Origin: Candidatus Poriferisocius sp. | GTDB taxonomy: Bacteria > Actinomycetota > Acidimicrobiia > Acidimicrobiales > Bin134 | NCBI RefSeq assembly: GCF_965219815.1 | Contig: NZ_OZ244791.1 | Coordinates: forward strand, 3,500,491 to 3,564,490 | Length of the DNA stretch: 64,000 nt | Direction: 5' to 3' | Part shown: one piece after another, positions 8,270 to 17,217 of the stretch | Layout of the letters: each line of letters starts with the position of its first letter | Position numbering within the stretch: position 1 is the first letter of the stretch | Made by a program: the position numbers and the translations under genes | Notes under the pieces: model-generated | Database searches by the model: none | What the model was told of the DNA's origin: nothing | Seen by the model: the letters and a program-made list of their open reading frames with translations, nothing else

Positions 8270-9937
8270 CTAGCGGGCGGAGGGGCGCAGGATGTCGCCG
8301 GGGTGGGCGCCTACGCCGCTCTCGTCAACCTCGCCATCGCGGCGGATGGGGGCGCCGTTCACCAGCACGTGGGTGATGCCCACGGAGGCATCCGCGGTGA
8401 GCCGCTCGGCGTTGGCGGGGAAGTCCCGCACCCGGCGCAGTGGCCCGGGCGCCACCGTGTCGGGGTCGAACACCACCACGTCGGCATAGGCCCCCTCCCG
8501 CAGATAGCCCCGGTCCACCAGGTTGAACAAGTCGGCCTGCACTGCGGAGAGCTTCCTCACCGCCTTCTCCATGGGCATGAGCTCGCGGTCGCGCACCCAA
8601 TTGCCCAAGAAGTCGGTGGCCTGCGGTGCATCGCACAGTTGGCCCACGTGGGCGCCGGCGTCGGACAGGCCCAGCGTGCAGCCGTCCTGCCGCAGAAGCA
8701 TGGCCACCCCGTCGGGGTCGTCGTTGGCGATGATGCAGCTGATCCGAGTGGCCAGGTCGTCGGATACCGCGGTATCGAGAAGCACGTCGAGGGGGCGTAC
8801 TCCCAGCTCTTCGGCGACGTCAGTGAGCCGTCGCCCGACCAATTCCGGGCGAGAAGCCGTCTCAGCGATCTGGAAGGTCTCCCACCGGGGAACCATGGCT
8901 TTCTGGTGCTTGAAAGCCTCCGCCGTCCGGTTGCGCCAGTCCTCATCGTCGTAGGCCTTGAGCCGAGCGTCGTGGTCCTCGCTCATCAACGCGGCGAACT
9001 CGGGGTTCACGTTGAGAGTGAACGGATCGGTCATCACCATTTGGAAGGTGAGCGGACGAGGAGTGACCTGGGGCCACACCTCGATGCCCTCCTCCCAACC
9101 GGCCCGGTTCCGGGCGGCGCTCTTCTCGTGGTTGCCGTTGGGGAAGGTCAGCAGGGCGCCATAGGTGAACGGCACTCCCACCTGGGGCTGCAACGCGTAC
9201 ATATCGTCGATGCCCACCTGCTCTCCAGGGGCAATCGACACTACGCCCCGGCGCTTCTGGCCGAGCACGCCGATGAGCGCCTCGAACTCGTCCCGGGTGG
9301 CGAATCGGCTGGGGATAGGCAGTCCATCGGCCCCGCGGTGGGTCATGGCAAAGCTGGTGGCCAGCCCGGCCGCCCCGGCATCGATGGCCTCAGCCACCAC
9401 CTCCACCATTCGGGCCACCTCTTCATCGGTTGAGGCCCGCTCGTAGGCCTCGTCGCCCACCACAAACAGCCGCAAGGCGGTGTGGCCGATGTAGGCCCCG
9501 AAGTTGAGGGCGATGCCCCGTCGGGAGATGGAGTCCAGATACTCCGGGAACGTCTCGAAGTCCCAGGGGATGCCCTCGGCCAGGCTGTCCACGTTCATGT
9601 CCTCGACGTTCTCGAGCGTGCGGGCGATGAGATCCTGGTGGCTGGGCCGGGTGGGAGCGATGGAGAATCCGCAGTTGCCGGCGATCACCGAAGTCACCCC
9701 GTGATAGCACGAAGGTGTGAGGGCCGGATCCCAGAACACCTGGGCGTCGTAGTGGGTGTGGATGTCGATGAAACCGGGGGCCACCACCTGGCCGCTGGCA
9801 TCCAGTTCGACCTTGCCCGACAGCCCCGAACCGATCTCGCTGATGCGGTCCCCGGTGATGGCGACATCGGCCTCCCGTCCTGGCTCTCCTGAGCCGTCCA
9901 CCACAGTTCCCCCGCGAATTACTACGTCTGCACTCAT
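8270..9937 (-). CDS. N-acyl-D-amino-acid deacylase (D-aminoacylase, amidohydrolase superfamily)
   Basis: Starts MSADVVIRGGTVVDGSG and has the metal-binding motif GFIDIHTHYD. The start is placed at ATG 9937 because the 5' 79 codons of the tracked ORF are Arg/Gly-rich and overlap the upstream gene. Confidence 0.85.
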   Translation of the reverse strand: MSADVVIRGGTVVDGSGEPGREADVAITGDRISEIGSGLSGKVELDASGQVVAPGFIDIHTHYDAQVFWDPALTPSCYHGVTSVIAGNCGFSIAPTRPSHQDLIARTLENVEDMNVDSLAEGIPWDFETFPEYLDSISRRGIALNFGAYIGHTALRLFVVGDEAYERASTDEEVARMVEVVAEAIDAGAAGLATSFAMTHRGADGLPIPSRFATRDEFEALIGVLGQKRRGVVSIAPGEQVGIDDMYALQPQVGVPFTYGALLTFPNGNHEKSAARNRAGWEEGIEVWPQVTPRPLTFQMVMTDPFTLNVNPEFAALMSEDHDARLKAYDDEDWRNRTAEAFKHQKAMVPRWETFQIAETASRPELVGRRLTDVAEELGVRPLDVLLDTAVSDDLATRISCIIANDDPDGVAMLLRQDGCTLGLSDAGAHVGQLCDAPQATDFLGNWVRDRELMPMEKAVRKLSAVQADLFNLVDRGYLREGAYADVVVFDPDTVAPGPLRRVRDFPANAERLTADASVGITHVLVNGAPIRRDGEVDESGVGAHPGDILRPSAR

Positions 9938-9942
9938 GCGTC

Positions 9943-10956
9943 TCAGTCTCCCACGCGAATTTCGAACTTGCCCGTTCGAGCACCGGAGAGCACCACCGAG
10001 CCCACATCGATTACCCGGGGCCCACCACGCACCACCCGCAACAAAGCGATCTGGCCGGAGTGCAGGAGGCGGCTGCGCTCTCCGTCGAAGGCCAGCAGAC
10101 ATGGCCCGGCCACTTCCACGGAGACGTCGAGTTCCAGATATCGGCTTCGGGCCAAGCCAACCGACGCAAACCACCCCGGTGCCAGCGCGCCCCGCACCAG
10201 CCGAGCCGGATTCTGGCTCGGGGGCATGAACTCCAGCACCACCCCCTGTTCCTCGTCAGGAGTGCAGGGCAACACCGTGCCCGCCAAGCCGCTGAAGCCG
10301 ATGGCGGCAGGGTCGGCGCGGGTCAGTACGCCCAGCATCAAGGTTTCGGGGTCGAACAGTTCCAGAGATCCCACATAGGGGTCATCCACTGCGATGGCAT
10401 CAACAATGGCCATGTCGGTTTCGGTGCCGGAGTCGCCACCGGTCACCTCCACCGCCACTACCTTGGCCCGGGATGAGTGGGCGTCGAGGTTCACTGCTCC
10501 GGTGGCAATGAGCCCCGCGGCCATACCGGCCACGGTGGGCTCAACGTGGATGGGAAAGGCGTTGTTGGTACCGGTGGACACCGGAATCAGCGGGGCGTCG
10601 GGCCATCCCAGGGCCAGCGCCCGATTGGTGCCGTCGCCGCCCAAGCTGACCACCGAGCCGCACCCCGCGTCTCGCATGGCCTGAGCCGCATCCACGGAAT
10701 CACGTTCGTTGTGGTGCAGGGGCAGGTCGAGAAACTCCATCTTCAGAGGCAGCTGAAGGTTCTCAGTCGCCCGGCGGGCGATGGAGAAGGGATCCCGGGT
10801 CAGCACCACCTGCTCGGCACCCGCCTCCACCGCTCCGTGAATGAGGCGGCGGAGAATGCTGATTTTGTCCTCGATGGTGGACGAGCCGGCACTGGTGAGG
10901 AGACGCCGCACATCGCTGCCCGATCGCGGGTTTACCAGGATGCCGAAAGTGGACAC
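9943..10956 (-). CDS. ATP-NAD kinase / diacylglycerol-kinase-fold family protein
   Basis: Contains the GGDGTNR motif and an N-terminal FGILVNPRSG. It sits in an operon with the D-aminoacylase, separated by 5 nt. Confidence 0.75.
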   Translation of the reverse strand: MSTFGILVNPRSGSDVRRLLTSAGSSTIEDKISILRRLIHGAVEAGAEQVVLTRDPFSIARRATENLQLPLKMEFLDLPLHHNERDSVDAAQAMRDAGCGSVVSLGGDGTNRALALGWPDAPLIPVSTGTNNAFPIHVEPTVAGMAAGLIATGAVNLDAHSSRAKVVAVEVTGGDSGTETDMAIVDAIAVDDPYVGSLELFDPETLMLGVLTRADPAAIGFSGLAGTVLPCTPDEEQGVVLEFMPPSQNPARLVRGALAPGWFASVGLARSRYLELDVSVEVAGPCLLAFDGERSRLLHSGQIALLRVVRGGPRVIDVGSVVLSGARTGKFEIRVGD

Positions 10957-11099
10957 TCCTCCATGTTGTCAGCACCCGTTCAGTGGGTGGTCATCCACAG
11001 TCATTCGCAGTCCTCAGTACACCACGGTGATCGCTCTTTTTTAGGTTTGGGAGCGCGTTGCGTATTGTTGAGGGCCACTGGTTCAGAGGAGGTGTCGCC

Positions 11100-11645
11100 A
11101 TGCGCCGGGCTCAATTGTTGTTGATGGTGCTGATGTTGGCCGTGTTGGGCGCGGCCTGCGGCGGCGGAGGGGGAACGACTTCGGAAGAACGCCCGCTCGG
11201 CGCGGACTCAGACGAGTTGGCCCCTCCCACCGCTCAGGTCGTCGTTCCGACCCCGCCCCCCACCCCTACGCCAACCTCAACCCCCGAGGCATTCATCTAC
11301 GTGGTTCGAGAGGGCGACACGCTGGGTAGCGTCGCCGACGAGTTCGGCATCACCTGGCAGGAGATCGACGCGATCAACGAGTTGGAGAACCCCAACGTCT
11401 TGAGCATCGGCCAAGAGATCGAAATCCCCCAAGACGCGCCGGTGGTTCTCAACAGCGACGGCACCGTCCGCCCCGGCGAGCGCACCCATATCGTTGTCCA
11501 AGGCGACACACTGCTGGGGATCGCCCTCCAATATGGAAAGACGCTGGATGAGATCACCGAGGCCAACAGCATCGTCGCGGCCGAACTGATCCAGGTCGGC
11601 CAAGCGTTGATCATCCCCCCCGACGAGGAAGAGCCCGCTCCCTAG
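11100..11645 (+). CDS. LysM-domain lipoprotein (two LysM repeats)
   Basis: Signal peptide with lipobox LGAAC. Two LysM units are present (YVVREGDTLGSVADEFGITWQEI... and HIVVQGDTLLGIALQYGKTLDEI...). A GGAGG Shine-Dalgarno sequence lies upstream of ATG 11100. Confidence 0.85.
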   Translation: MRRAQLLLMVLMLAVLGAACGGGGGTTSEERPLGADSDELAPPTAQVVVPTPPPTPTPTSTPEAFIYVVREGDTLGSVADEFGITWQEIDAINELENPNVLSIGQEIEIPQDAPVVLNSDGTVRPGERTHIVVQGDTLLGIALQYGKTLDEITEANSIVAAELIQVGQALIIPPDEEEPAP

Positions 11646-11787
11646 CGGCGGTTATCCACAACTTGGGCTGACCACACCCTCATGGCGGATATCCACAACT
11701 TGCGCTAACCGCGCTTCTAGTGTGGGCCATATGGCCGTTCCGGCTCGCGCCTGGTTATTTGCGCCGAGAGCGCGGCGCAAAGCCACC

Positions 11788-11928
11788 ATGTGGTGTCCAC
11801 GCTGCGATGTCACATGGTGGGGCACGGCGCGCGACACCTGTTGGTCGTGCCGCCAGCACACCGCCACCACTCCGGCCCCGACCGCCAATGTCCGCGTGCT
11901 GGCTGCCAGCACGGTCGGCGAGTCGTGA
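11788..11928 (+). CDS. small putative zinc-ribbon protein (46 aa; CxxC-x11-CxxC, Trp-rich)
   Basis: Sequence MWCPRCDVTWWGTARDTCWSCRQH.... About 83% of third positions are G/C in this frame versus about 50% in the overlapping frame. The start is uncertain (GTG 11722 or ATG 11731 are possible) and there is no clear Shine-Dalgarno sequence. Confidence 0.4.
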   Translation: MWCPRCDVTWWGTARDTCWSCRQHTATTPAPTANVRVLAASTVGES

Positions 11929-11962
11929 ACGTCGGGGTTGTTCTTCCCGCGATTGTCCTCTC

Positions 11963-12892
11963 GTGAACGCCGGGCTCGCCATTCCCGCGATCATCATCTT
12001 GGGGTGCGGTCTGCTGGCCGGCATCGTGGCCATGGCTACCCGCAAGAAACGGGCCCTGTGGGATATCTTCCCGGGTCCGGAAGCAAGCCAGGCCGCCTCA
12101 GAAAAGGGGCCGGTGCCTTTCGACGGCGAGCTTGATTTCTCCGATTCCGAGGACGAATCAGAGGCCTCCAACGAGAAACCGAAACTTGAACTGGTAGGTG
12201 ACACCACAGACGAGGTGCCCCACGCCGTGGACACCTCTCGGCCCGACCATGAGGGCCTGGCCGAGTGGCACCGGCACCACGACCAGACGGTCTCGGCCTG
12301 GATCGAGAATCACCAGAAAGTGCTAGGCGAAATCAATGCCTCGGGCCTCCAGATCGACATGGACAATCGTGACGAACTCTTGGCCGGCCACGAAGAGCTG
12401 GCCCCGAAGATGCGGGAGGCCATCGCCAGCCATCCTTCGCCGGTCATGAGAGCCGAGCTGAGCGCCATGCACGTGGCCGGGGAGGCAGCGGTGTTCGCGG
12501 TGATCAAAAGCGACTACGCCACCGCCCGTCGCCAGCACCTCATCTATGTGCAGTATCGGGACGAGTGGATCGAGCGGCTGCGCCAATTCTCCGAAGAGCC
12601 CATGAGCAACCTGCGGGCGGTTATGTCCACCGCCGAATTCGAACTGGAGGAGATACGCACGGCACTGGAGACGGCGTTAATCGAAACCGATGAGCCAGAA
12701 GAAGACGAGCCCGATTTCGAGGCCCCGATCATGGTGCGAGATGACTCAGGGTCCGCCTTCGACTTGGAAAACCATCCCGAGGATGCCCTTGAGGTTGCGG
12801 TCGGCGTGCCCGAGGACACCACCGAGGACCTTGAAGGCGGTCGCATCCGCCGCCTTCTGCGCCGGCGCGGCACCTCCGAAGACGCGGAGTAG
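11963..12892 (+). CDS. membrane-anchored acidic protein of unknown function
   Basis: GTG 11963 precedes a single TM helix (AGLAIPAIIILGCGLLAGIVAMA), followed by a long Glu/Asp-rich helical region. GC3 rises only after 11963, so the tracked 5' extension from 11720 is rejected. Confidence 0.55.
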   Translation: MNAGLAIPAIIILGCGLLAGIVAMATRKKRALWDIFPGPEASQAASEKGPVPFDGELDFSDSEDESEASNEKPKLELVGDTTDEVPHAVDTSRPDHEGLAEWHRHHDQTVSAWIENHQKVLGEINASGLQIDMDNRDELLAGHEELAPKMREAIASHPSPVMRAELSAMHVAGEAAVFAVIKSDYATARRQHLIYVQYRDEWIERLRQFSEEPMSNLRAVMSTAEFELEEIRTALETALIETDEPEEDEPDFEAPIMVRDDSGSAFDLENHPEDALEVAVGVPEDTTEDLEGGRIRRLLRRRGTSEDAE

Positions 12893-12997
12893 AGAAAAGC
12901 CGCGACATCAATCCAGACCTCTTTAGTCAGGTATTGCCTCCGCGGAGTAGGGTGGGCAGACTTCTTTCATCAACTGCCGCGCAGCAAGGAGACAAAC

Positions 12998-13627
12998 ATG
13001 GCTATTCGACTGGGGGATGCCGCCCCCGATTTCACTGCCGAGACCACTGAGGGAACCATCTCTTTCCACGAGTGGAAAGGGGACTCGTGGGCGGTTCTGT
13101 TCTCCCATCCCAAGGACTTCACCCCAGTGTGCACCACTGAGCTGGGCTACACCGCCCAGCTGGCCGAGGAGTTCGCAGCCCGAAATGTGAAGGTGATCGG
13201 GCTGTCGTGCGACTCGGTGGAAGACCATGTGGCCTGGTCGCAGGACATAGAGGACACTCAGGGCATCCGTCCCAACTTCCCGATGATCGGCGACGCCGAC
13301 CGCGCCGTGGCCGACCTCTACGACATGATTCACCCCAACGCCAGCGACACCATGACGGTGCGCTCGGTGTTCGTGATCGGCCCCGACAACACGGTCAAGC
13401 TCACCATCACCTATCCGGCCAGCACGGGGCGCAACTTCGACGAGGTGCTGCGGGTGATCGACTCGCTCCAACTCACCGCCACCAAGAAGGTGGCCACCCC
13501 GGTGAACTGGCAGCACGGCGACGACGTGATCATCGTGCCCGCCCTTTCCAATGAAGAGGCCGCGGAGCTGTTCCCCGACGGCTGGGACGAGCAGAAGCCC
13601 TACCTTCGTGTAGTCTCCCAGCCATAA
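12998..13627 (+). CDS. peroxiredoxin (1-Cys Prx6-like)
   Basis: Contains FSHPKDFTPVCTTEL, the peroxidatic Cys motif; 209 aa. Confidence 0.92.
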   Translation: MAIRLGDAAPDFTAETTEGTISFHEWKGDSWAVLFSHPKDFTPVCTTELGYTAQLAEEFAARNVKVIGLSCDSVEDHVAWSQDIEDTQGIRPNFPMIGDADRAVADLYDMIHPNASDTMTVRSVFVIGPDNTVKLTITYPASTGRNFDEVLRVIDSLQLTATKKVATPVNWQHGDDVIIVPALSNEEAAELFPDGWDEQKPYLRVVSQP

Positions 13628-13673
13628 TTTCCGCCGACAAAGGTCCGGCTCACATCAACGAAGGGCTATCTAC

Positions 13674-14504
13674 ATGAGTGACGCGTCCATGCTGGCCACC
13701 GACACCATGGCCGCCGCCCGTGCGGTAAACGCGGTGAAGATCTACGGGTCGGGCGAGACCGAGGTTCGAGCCCTCGACGGGGTGGACATCACCTTCGAGA
13801 AGGGCAAGTTCACCGCCATCATGGGCCCGTCGGGCTCGGGCAAGTCCACCCTCATGCACTGTATGGCCGCGCTCGACAACCTCACCGAGGGCCAGGCATT
13901 TATCGGCGACACCGACCTGAGCACTCTCTCCGACAAAGAGCTCACCATGTTGCGCCGTGACCGAGTGGGGTTCATCTTCCAGGCGTTCAACCTGGTCCCC
14001 ACACTCAACGCCATCGAGAACATCACCCTGCCGATGGACCTGGCCCGACGCGAGCCCGACCAGGAATGGGTCGACAGTGTGATCGCCACCGTGGGGCTGC
14101 AAGACCGATTGACCCACCGACCCAACGAGCTGTCGGGCGGTCAGCAACAGCGGGTGGCGGTGTCGAGAGCGCTGGCCAGCCAGCCGGAGATCATCTTCGC
14201 CGACGAGCCCACCGGGAACCTCGACTCCCGATCGGGCAATGACGTGCTCAAGTTCATGCGCGAAGCGGTGGACGATCTAGGGCAAACCATCGTTATGGTC
14301 ACCCACGACGCCAAAGCGGCATCCTTCGCTGACCGGACAGTGTTCTTGGCCGACGGCCTGCTCCAGGGCGAGATGCTCAACCCCACCGCCGATCAGATAC
14401 TCGATTACATGAAGATCCTGCAAGTGGGCCAGTTCGTCAAGGGCATACCAGAGGGGGCCACCATGGAAGAGATCTTGGAATACATGAAGGATCTGGGCGA
14501 CTGA
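13674..14504 (+). CDS. ABC transporter ATP-binding protein (MacB/LolD type) with a C-terminal extension
   Basis: Walker A GPSGSGKST, signature LSGGQQQRV and Walker B IIFADEP are present. The extra C-terminal tail of about 45 aa carries a duplicated ILxYMKxL motif. Confidence 0.92.
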   Translation: MSDASMLATDTMAAARAVNAVKIYGSGETEVRALDGVDITFEKGKFTAIMGPSGSGKSTLMHCMAALDNLTEGQAFIGDTDLSTLSDKELTMLRRDRVGFIFQAFNLVPTLNAIENITLPMDLARREPDQEWVDSVIATVGLQDRLTHRPNELSGGQQQRVAVSRALASQPEIIFADEPTGNLDSRSGNDVLKFMREAVDDLGQTIVMVTHDAKAASFADRTVFLADGLLQGEMLNPTADQILDYMKILQVGQFVKGIPEGATMEEILEYMKDLGD

Positions 14505-14559
14505 GCTAGGTCGCAGCCAAGTAGCCCGACCTCTAAGTTCATGATCCGGTAATCGGCCA

Positions 14560-17154
14560 ATGACTCTCCTGCGATACAGCCTCCGGAGCATCGCCGGCGT
14601 CAAGGTCCGGTTCGCGCTCACCACCCTTGCCGTAGTCATCGGGGTGGCCCTCACCACCGGGGTGCTGATCTCCACAGACGGCCTCCGCGCCTCCCTCAAC
14701 GACCTGTCGGGGCAGATTTACGAGAAGTACGACTTCACCGTTCGCGCCGCCTCCGACGTCGGCGACCGGAACGAGGGCGTGCCGCTGGTTCCTGTGTCGC
14801 TGAGCGAAGAGCTCATGTCGATGGACGGAGTAGAAGCCGTGGCGGGTTTGGCGCAGGAATTCAACGTCGTGGCCATCGACGGCGAAGGCAACGCCTTGGA
14901 CCCCGGCGTAGGCCGACAAATCGGATACGGCTGGCCCGAAGTTGAGTCGCTCAGCACGATCTATGTCTACGACGACGGCATCAGCCGCCAGCCCGTCGGG
15001 CCCGATGAATTCGCCATCGACCACTACACCGGCCGGGAGAACAACTTCGTCATCGGTCAGCGCTACAAGGTGGCCACCCCTGGGGGCACCGGCGAATACG
15101 AGCTGGTGGGGTACTTGTACTTTCTCGACCCTGAGACCCGGGTAGCGCTTCAGACCGTTTCGTGGGACATGCCCACCGCATTGGAACTCTTGCACGATGG
15201 CGGCGGCTACGACCACATCCACGGGAAGCTGTCACCGGGAGCGAGCTACGAAGAGGTGGCCGCGGCCATCAGTGCCCTCGTGGGCCCCGATATCGAGGTG
15301 GTCTCCCAGCAGGACAACATCGATGAGAGCAACGCGGAATTCGCCGGAAACATCGACCGTATCCAAAACCTCCTGTTGGCTTTCGCGGTGATCGTCTTGA
15401 TCATCTCGGCGTTTATCACTTACAACACATTCACCCTGGTCATGGGGCAACGCATCAGGGAGTTGGGCCTGCTGAGGGTACTGGGCGCCGAGCGGCGCCA
15501 AGTCGCCCAAGTCGTGGCGGTCGAAGCCTTGATCGTCGGGATCGTGGCCACCATCGCGGGATTCGGACTCGGCATATTGGTGGCTCTTGGTATTGCCGGA
15601 GCACTGAACAGCGCCGGCGCCCACCTTCCCGCTATCGACATCATCATCGGAGGGTGGACCGTTGCAGCCGCGGTGATCATCGGCATCGGTGTGACCATGG
15701 TGACCGCCATCTGGCCGGCCATGCGGGCCCGCCGGGTGACGCCCATGGTGGCGCTGGCCGACGAGGCCGAGATCGATCCCTTCAACAAGCGGCGCGCCTT
15801 GGTCATCGGATCGGCAGCCGGCGGGGTGGGGCTGATCCTGATGCTGATTGGTCTGCTGGCCGGTCTTCCTACCTCCCAGCTTTTGCTACCGCTCGGGTTG
15901 GGGGCGTTGTTGATGCTTCTGGGGGTCAACATCGCCACGCCGGGGATCGCCCGGTCGATGTCGCTGTTCTTGGGATGGCCGGCCGACCGGCTGTTCACCA
16001 TCAACGGGCGGTTGGCTCGGCTCAACGCGGCCCGCAACCCACGCCGCACCGCCACCACCGCTTCAGCGCTCATGATCGGCTTGGCCATGGTGTCGCTGGT
16101 CACCGTGCTCGGCACATCCCTCAAACAAACCTTGACTAGCCAACTAGAGGGTTCGGTGGAGGCCGACTGGCTCGTTTGCGTGAACGAGTGCAACACCGAT
16201 TTGAGCACGTTCAGCACCGCTGTGGGCGCGTTCAGCCAAGAGGCCACTCTGCAAATGTCGGAGATGCCCGAGGTGGAATCGGTGATGGCCTTCCGATTCC
16301 GCCCCGACGGAGCGCTCGCCCCCGATGGCGAACAGCGCCGCCTGACCGGCACTGACCTCGACTCGTTCTCACTCCATGTCGACCCGGGCGTGGTCTCCGG
16401 GAACTTGGAAGGCGCAGGCTCCGGCGATGTGCTCGTTCACAAGGATCTAGCCGACGATCTCGACATCGCCGTCGGAGACCAGCTGCTCCTCGAGTTCCCC
16501 GGCGAGCAGACGTCGACGTTTGATGTCGTCGCCCTTCACACCGAGGATTCCGTGGTCGGTCCGTTGGTGGTTGACTTCAGCGACTGGGACCAATTTATGG
16601 GCGGCACCCAGGACAATCTGGCCACGGTCATCATCGCTTCGGGGATTGACACGGACCAGGCCCGGTCCAGCCTGGAATCAGAGCTCGCCGACTATCCCCA
16701 GGTTGTGGTCAAGGACCAGGCCGAATACCGGGAGGGCAGGGCCACTGAGATCAACACGTTCCTGGTGATCATCAACGTGTTCTTGATCCTCGCTTTGCTC
16801 ATTGCGGTGGTGGGCATCTCCAACACCATGGCCCTTTCGATCTTCGAGCGAACCCGCGAGCTGGGGCTGGTGAGGGCCATCGGCATGGCCAAGAGGCAAA
16901 CCTGGGGGACGATCTTCTTGGAGAGCATCATCGTCGCCGTCTTCGGGGGAATCGTGGGCATTGCGACCGGCGTGGTGGCCGGCGCCATCGCCGCGGCCGC
17001 CCTTCCCGACAGCGTGATCTCCACCGTCAGCGTGCCGTGGCTCACGCTGGTGATCTACCTGGTGGTGTCGGCGGTGGCCGGAATGCTGGCCGCCTTCTTC
17101 CCGGCCCGCCGAGCCAACCGCCTCAACGTGCTGGAAGCCATCGCTCACCAGTAA
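14560..17154 (+). CDS. ABC transporter permease, internally duplicated FtsX/MacB type (864 aa)
   Basis: Two FtsX modules are present, each with the RTRELGLLR-type motif (IRELGLLRVLGA and RTRELGLVRAIGM), plus large extracytoplasmic domains. Confidence 0.9.
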   Translation: MTLLRYSLRSIAGVKVRFALTTLAVVIGVALTTGVLISTDGLRASLNDLSGQIYEKYDFTVRAASDVGDRNEGVPLVPVSLSEELMSMDGVEAVAGLAQEFNVVAIDGEGNALDPGVGRQIGYGWPEVESLSTIYVYDDGISRQPVGPDEFAIDHYTGRENNFVIGQRYKVATPGGTGEYELVGYLYFLDPETRVALQTVSWDMPTALELLHDGGGYDHIHGKLSPGASYEEVAAAISALVGPDIEVVSQQDNIDESNAEFAGNIDRIQNLLLAFAVIVLIISAFITYNTFTLVMGQRIRELGLLRVLGAERRQVAQVVAVEALIVGIVATIAGFGLGILVALGIAGALNSAGAHLPAIDIIIGGWTVAAAVIIGIGVTMVTAIWPAMRARRVTPMVALADEAEIDPFNKRRALVIGSAAGGVGLILMLIGLLAGLPTSQLLLPLGLGALLMLLGVNIATPGIARSMSLFLGWPADRLFTINGRLARLNAARNPRRTATTASALMIGLAMVSLVTVLGTSLKQTLTSQLEGSVEADWLVCVNECNTDLSTFSTAVGAFSQEATLQMSEMPEVESVMAFRFRPDGALAPDGEQRRLTGTDLDSFSLHVDPGVVSGNLEGAGSGDVLVHKDLADDLDIAVGDQLLLEFPGEQTSTFDVVALHTEDSVVGPLVVDFSDWDQFMGGTQDNLATVIIASGIDTDQARSSLESELADYPQVVVKDQAEYREGRATEINTFLVIINVFLILALLIAVVGISNTMALSIFERTRELGLVRAIGMAKRQTWGTIFLESIIVAVFGGIVGIATGVVAGAIAAAALPDSVISTVSVPWLTLVIYLVVSAVAGMLAAFFPARRANRLNVLEAIAHQ

Positions 17155-17217
17155 TACTTACTCATCGGCCTCATCCGCTACGCCCTGAAGAGCATCGCCG
17201 GAACTCGCATCCGGTTC

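Noticed and set aside
8051-9433. A 460-aa plus-strand ORF antisense to the D-aminoacylase. The same applies to 4933..6066 (antisense to the ALDH), 58367..59509, 60235..61194 and 5927..7000.
   Set aside because: All are mirror-frame ORFs of confidently assigned genes with low-complexity Gly/Arg/His composition.
11720-11962. The 5' extension of the 390-aa ORF (Arg/Pro/Ala-rich).
   Set aside because: Third-position GC is only about 50% in this frame before 11963, whereas the overlapping zinc-ribbon frame has about 83%. Coding most likely starts at GTG 11963.
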